This document shows positions 59,573-64,000 of a stretch of DNA of 64,000 nucleotides, in pieces; within the stretch, counting starts at the first letter, position 1, and each line of letters opens with the position of its first letter. The translations under genes and the position numbers were made by a program. The stretch is from contig JAFQRI010000101.1 of assembly GCA_017410185.1 (NCBI GenBank), positions 357 to 64,356 on the forward strand, in the 5' to 3' direction. Source of the stretch: Oscillibacter sp. (GTDB taxonomy: Bacteria; Bacillota; Clostridia; Oscillospirales; Oscillospiraceae). A model generated the notes under the pieces. The model did not search any database and was not told where the DNA came from. It saw only the letters and a program-made list of their open reading frames with translations.

Positions 59573-60407
59573 CTTCGGCCACCCCCAAATATGCGTCGAT
59601 AACGCGCTTGTTGTTCTGGATCTCCGCCGGCGTGCCCTCGGCAATGAGCTTGCCGAAGTCCAGCACGTAGATGCGGTCAGAGATGTTCATGACCAGATTC
59701 ATGTGGTGCTCAATGAGGAAAATGGTAAGATTGAACTTATCACGGATCTCGCCGATAAAGGCGGTGAGCTCGTCGGTCTCCTGCGGGTTCATACCGGCGG
59801 CAGGCTCATCCAGCAGCAGCAGCGTAGGCTCCGCCGCAAGAGCGCGGGCGATCTCCAGACGGCGCTGTTTGCCGTAAGGAAGGCTGGTTGCCAGCTCATC
59901 CTTCACATCTGCAAGGCCCACGACCTCCAGCAGCTCCAGCACCTCCTGACGCTGGCGCTCCTCTTCCCTGCGGTTAAGGCGGAAGATGGCGGAAGCCACG
60001 CCTGCGGTGGTACGGCAGTGCTTTGCGATGAGGACGTTATTGAACACGGTCTGGCTCTTCCAGAGACGAATGTTCTGGAAGGTGCGGGCCATACCCAGCT
60101 TCGTGATCTTATCGGGGGTAGGGGCGAGAACATGGGTGTACTTCCCGTCATTTTCGCCTTTGTAGAGCTTTTTCATCTTGCCCTGGGGATGGTTCTCGAT
60201 GATCTTTTCACCGTTGAACCAGACCGCGCCGTTGGTGGGCTGATACACGCCGGTGGTAACGTTGAAGGCCGTGGTCTTGCCGGCTCCGTTGGGGCCGATG
60301 AGGGCCACGATCTCCCCCTGATTGATCTCAAGATTCAGATTGTCAACCGCCACGACGCCGCCGAACTGCATGGTGGCATTTTCAATACGAAGAACGTTCT
60401 TGCTCAT
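59565..60407 (-). CDS. livG: Branched-chain amino-acid ABC ATPase
   Basis: GPNGAGKTT, ARTFQNIRL, LPYG.QRRLEIARAL and IEHHM motifs. Confidence 0.94.
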   Translation of the reverse strand: MSKNVLRIENATMQFGGVVAVDNLNLEINQGEIVALIGPNGAGKTTAFNVTTGVYQPTNGAVWFNGEKIIENHPQGKMKKLYKGENDGKYTHVLAPTPDKITKLGMARTFQNIRLWKSQTVFNNVLIAKHCRTTAGVASAIFRLNRREEERQRQEVLELLEVVGLADVKDELATSLPYGKQRRLEIARALAAEPTLLLLDEPAAGMNPQETDELTAFIGEIRDKFNLTIFLIEHHMNLVMNISDRIYVLDFGKLIAEGTPAEIQNNKRVIDAYLGVAEDA

Positions 60408-61516
60408 TTGCCGGCGGCCTCCTTTCTGCTCTTTTTATTCCGCCTTACCAAAAGGTCGGGCAATTCCCTGTCGCCCATGATGCCCTTGCGGAAGAACAGC
60501 ACGATGATCATGATGATGACGGAGAACACCGCCATGCGGAAGCCGTTTTTGAAGATACCGGGGGCGTTGATGCCAAGGAAGGTGCCGCTGTCCAGGCCGC
60601 GCAGCAGCCACTCGGAAGAGAAGATATAGAGGAAGCTGGCGAGAACGGAGCCGGTGATGGAGCCGATGCCGCCGATGACCACGATCAGCAAGATCTCATA
60701 GGTCAGGGCGCTCTTGAAGGGAGCGGCTGCGATGGTGCCGTTGTACATGGCCAGCATGCCGCCGCCGACACCGGCGAAGAAAGAGCTGATGACAAAAGCA
60801 AGACGCTTATGCTTGGAAAGGTTGATGCCCATAGCCTCAGCTGCCACCTCATCGTCACGGATGGCCTTGAAGGCGCGGCCGTAGGTGGAGTTGATGAGCA
60901 GCACGATGATGGCGATCATGGCGCCGGCCAGCAGAATATAGCTGGTGCCCTTTTCAAAGCTGGGATAGCTCTTGAGCAGGTTGGAGCCGTTGGTAATGGG
61001 GCCCAGAGCATTCCACTGGAAGAAAGCCTTCAGGATCTCGGCAAAGCCCAACGTGGCGATAGCCAGATAGTCGGACTTGAGGCGCAGCACAGGCAGCGCG
61101 ATGAGGTAGGCCATAGCGGCCGCCAGAAGGCCGCCAATGGCAAGCGCCACCAGCATACCCACGGTGGAGCCGATGGTGTCACCCAGGAAGCCGGCAAAGA
61201 TCTCCGGCAGGGAGAACTGGATGAGGCCGCCGTCAAAATACTGATAAACGCCGGCGCGCTTTGCAACAGGGATACAGAGAACACCATAGGCATAGGCGCC
61301 CAGCAGCATGAAGCCCGCCTGACCGAGGGAGAAGAGGCCGGTGAAGCCGTTGAGCAGATTCATGGAAACCGCCACAAGCGCATAGACCGTGGCCTTTTTC
61401 ACGCAGGTGATGGCAATGTGATAGCTGGGGAGAGTGGCGTCCAGCGCCATGGAAGCCAGCAGCAGCACAAGCAGCACTGCCGCGGTGAAGATAGTCTGTT
61501 TCTTTTTCAGTGTCAT
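60404..61516 (-). CDS. livM: Branched-chain amino-acid ABC permease
   Basis: GFTGLFSLGQAGF, DYLAIATLGFAEI and AIRDDEVAAEAMGI motifs. Confidence 0.92.
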   Translation of the reverse strand: MTLKKKQTIFTAAVLLVLLLASMALDATLPSYHIAITCVKKATVYALVAVSMNLLNGFTGLFSLGQAGFMLLGAYAYGVLCIPVAKRAGVYQYFDGGLIQFSLPEIFAGFLGDTIGSTVGMLVALAIGGLLAAAMAYLIALPVLRLKSDYLAIATLGFAEILKAFFQWNALGPITNGSNLLKSYPSFEKGTSYILLAGAMIAIIVLLINSTYGRAFKAIRDDEVAAEAMGINLSKHKRLAFVISSFFAGVGGGMLAMYNGTIAAAPFKSALTYEILLIVVIGGIGSITGSVLASFLYIFSSEWLLRGLDSGTFLGINAPGIFKNGFRMAVFSVIIMIIVLFFRKGIMGDRELPDLLVRRNKKSRKEAAGK

Positions 61517-61529
61517 ATCCGTTCCCTCC

Positions 61530-62408
61530 TTACACCTTGTCAGTGACCTTCTCACCGAAGAGGCCGGTGGGCTTGACACAGAGGATGACGATCAGCAACG
61601 CAAAGGTAAAGGCGTCGGAGAAGGTGGTGTAGCCAAGACCCTTGATGATCTCCTCGCAAAGACCGATGATGAAGGCGCCCACCACTGCGCCGGGAATGGA
61701 GCCGATACCGCCAAAGACTGCGGCAACGAAGGCCTTCAATCCCGGCATACCGCCGGAGGTAATGGCTACAGAAGGATAGTTGGTGAAGTAGAGCATAGAG
61801 CCCACTGCCGCCAGGAAGGAACCGATGACAAAGGTCATGGAGATAACGGAGTTGATCTTGATGCCCATGAGCTGAGCGGTCTCAAAATCCTTGGCAGCGG
61901 CACGCATAGCCATACCGATCTTGGTGTGGTTGATGAGATACACCAACACGATGACCAGAGCGATGGTCAGGAAGGGAGTGATGATGGTGACGCGCTTGGT
62001 GGATGCACCGAAGATCGCCACAGTGTCGCTGATCCAGGGGATGGGGTTGTTCACGGGCTGGGGAACACCGCCGGTGAGGTAGAAAGCCAGATTCTGAATG
62101 AGGTAACTCACGCCGATAGCGGAGATCATCAGGGACATTCTGGGGGCAGTACGCAGAGGCTTATAAGCCACGCGCTCAATGGTGAAGCCCAGAATGACTG
62201 TGGCGATCAGGGCCAGAGGGATGGCAAGATAAATGGGCATGGAAGCGGTGGCATACACCATCACCAGACCGGCCACCATGAATACATCACCATGGGCAAA
62301 GTTGATGAGGCGCAGAATGCCGTAGACCAGCGTATAGCCGATAGCGATCAGCGCATACTGACCGCCCACGGAGACGCCGTTGATTAAGTACGGAATCAGT
62401 TCTCGCAT
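61530..62408 (-). CDS. livH: Branched-chain amino-acid ABC permease
   Basis: YALIAIGYTLVYG..RLINFAHG and KAFVAAVFGGIG motifs. Confidence 0.93.
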   Translation of the reverse strand: MRELIPYLINGVSVGGQYALIAIGYTLVYGILRLINFAHGDVFMVAGLVMVYATASMPIYLAIPLALIATVILGFTIERVAYKPLRTAPRMSLMISAIGVSYLIQNLAFYLTGGVPQPVNNPIPWISDTVAIFGASTKRVTIITPFLTIALVIVLVYLINHTKIGMAMRAAAKDFETAQLMGIKINSVISMTFVIGSFLAAVGSMLYFTNYPSVAITSGGMPGLKAFVAAVFGGIGSIPGAVVGAFIIGLCEEIIKGLGYTTFSDAFTFALLIVILCVKPTGLFGEKVTDKV

Positions 62409-62584
62409 GGGAAAACCTCCTGTGGTTTTTCTCTGTTTCGCGGGGAAGGCACTGGGCCGTCTCGAAAAAGGGCCGTTCAAGCCGCTCTTTCGAGGCGACC
62501 CAAAAAACGGTGAAAAAGGGGATGGCAGCGGACACGCCGCCATCCCCTTTTCGTTTACTTGTTGCGCTTCAGACGCACCGGAAA

Positions 62585-63781
62585 TTACTCAACGCCCTGG
62601 ACCTTCACGAAGTCCCAGTTGTTGGTCTCGGTGTTGGCAGTCTTGATGTAAGCGGCGTCACGCTTGGCATCGCCGATCTCATCGAACTCAACGAGGCCGC
62701 AGACACCTTCGTAGCTGACAGAGGGCAGAGCCTCCAGAACGGCCTTGGGATCGGTGGAACCGGCCTTCTTCAGAGCCTCAAGAGCAGTGAAGTAAGCGTC
62801 ATAGCCCATGGCGGTAACAGCGGAGATCATGTCGTTGCCGCCGTTATTGGTCTTGGCGTCGGCGTTGGCGTTGATCCACTCCTTGATGCCGGTATCGAAC
62901 TCGGAACCGCTCTCCTGATAGAAGGTGGTGATGTCAACGTTGACAGCCTTGCCCTGAGCAGACTCCAGAACCATGTTGTTGTCCCAGGTGTCGGAGCCCA
63001 GCAGAGAGCCCTCGAAACCCTGAGCTGCGGCAGCCTCAATGATCAGCTGAGCATAGTTGGTGGAAACAGGGGCGAAGATGACACCGGCGCCGGCAGACTT
63101 GGCGTTGGTGACATAGGAAACGAAGTTGGCGCTGCCCTCAGGGAAGTCCTCGTTGACAACAGTGCCGCCCAGAGCCTTGAAGGCCTCGGTGAAGTAGTAG
63201 ACCAGACCCTGGTCATAGTCGCTGCCCAGCATAGCCAGAGTATAAGCGGTGGTCACGCCCAGCTCATTGTAGGCATAGTTGGCCAGAACGGTGCCCTGGA
63301 AGGGATCCAGGAAGCAGATGCGGAAGTAAACATCGCAGTCAGCGGTGACCTGGGGGTTGGTGCAGGTGACGCCGATGGCGGGAACGCCGGCCTCCTGGAA
63401 CACCTCGCCGCCGGCGATGGAGACACCGGAGCCGTAGGAGCCCAGAACCACGGAAACGTCCTTGTTCATCAGGTCAGCAGCTGCGGACTTGCCGTTTTCG
63501 GGAGTAGTGCGGTTGTCGACGATCTCCAGCTTGACATCATAGGTCTCGCCGCCGATCTCGACAGTGGGCTGGACCACATTGGCGTACTGCATGCCCAGGA
63601 TCTCCTGCTTGCCGCCGGCGCCGTTATCGCCGGTCTGGGGCTCAAAGACGCCGATCTTGACGACCTTGTTGCCCTCAGCTGCGGGAGCGGATGCGGCAGG
63701 GGCCTGCTCCTTGGCGCCGCAGGCGGCCAGAGACAGGGTCATTGCCAGAGTGAGTGCAAGTGCAAAAAACTTCTTCATCAT
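62585..63781 (-). CDS. Branched-chain amino-acid ABC substrate-binding lipoprotein (LivK/LivJ-like)
   Basis: LAAC lipobox; KIGV..P.TG, TNP.VT, FR.CF.D.FQG and GYDA motifs. Confidence 0.92.
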   Translation of the reverse strand: MMKKFFALALTLAMTLSLAACGAKEQAPAASAPAAEGNKVVKIGVFEPQTGDNGAGGKQEILGMQYANVVQPTVEIGGETYDVKLEIVDNRTTPENGKSAAADLMNKDVSVVLGSYGSGVSIAGGEVFQEAGVPAIGVTCTNPQVTADCDVYFRICFLDPFQGTVLANYAYNELGVTTAYTLAMLGSDYDQGLVYYFTEAFKALGGTVVNEDFPEGSANFVSYVTNAKSAGAGVIFAPVSTNYAQLIIEAAAAQGFEGSLLGSDTWDNNMVLESAQGKAVNVDITTFYQESGSEFDTGIKEWINANADAKTNNGGNDMISAVTAMGYDAYFTALEALKKAGSTDPKAVLEALPSVSYEGVCGLVEFDEIGDAKRDAAYIKTANTETNNWDFVKVQGVE

Positions 63782-64000
63782 TTTTTCCTCCAATCGGAAT
63801 AAAAGTTGCATAGTGGTATTTTATTGCCTTTTCAATCGTTTAGCAAGGTAAATCTTATACAAAAACTTTTTTGGGTTTTTGTAGGTAATCACGCACACTG
63901 TCCTCCAAGGAAACAACTCCCGTCTTTCCACGGAGAACAAACCCTTGCTTTGGAAAATAAATCCTCTCTTTTCTGTCCTCCACAGGAAAACATTCGGTGT

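Noticed and set aside
63790-63865. ARG boxes upstream of the liv operon (GGAATAAAAGTTGCA; ATCTTATACAA shared with the argG upstream region)
   Set aside because: The spacing does not fit the 14-bp core, and the shared word may just be a -10 element.

Overview
A GC-rich, mostly core-genome stretch from a spore-forming clostridial bacterium (spoIIP and gpr are present; gene content and signal peptides suggest an Oscillospiraceae/Oscillibacter-like gut organism, which is inference). Housekeeping content: an EF-G paralog, rlmB, ftsH, nfo, rpsF-ssb-rpsR with its S6:S18 leader, rpsT, a TatD gene plus a TatD-associated radical SAM gene, thiI-cinA, fumC and degV. Arginine genes cluster here: argGHCJBDF with ARG boxes, a polar amino-acid ABC importer and arcA-arcB-YfcC. 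Transport and surface genes include a liv ABC operon, MarR-ABC and MarR-MATE efflux units and an SLH S-layer gene. No rRNA, tRNA or CRISPR array was seen. The best second-look items are: (1) a protein of two catalytically dead tyrosine-recombinase domains plus two winged helices directly upstream of the S-layer gene; (2) an unannotated ~120-nt sRNA candidate with its own promoter and terminator and two identical anti-Shine-Dalgarno 12-mers; (3) a transposase-less 1,885-bp IS4-like cassette with 15-bp terminal inverted repeats and an 11-bp target duplication, inserted into a terminator loop and carrying a DUF2975/HTH pair; (4) a degenerate P1B-ATPase-like membrane protein; (5) a triple-hairpin leader before an ECF S-component gene. 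Smaller regulatory features, two small ORFs missed by the ORF track and a frameshifted ZIP transporter are also reported. All family calls come from motif recognition, not database searches.
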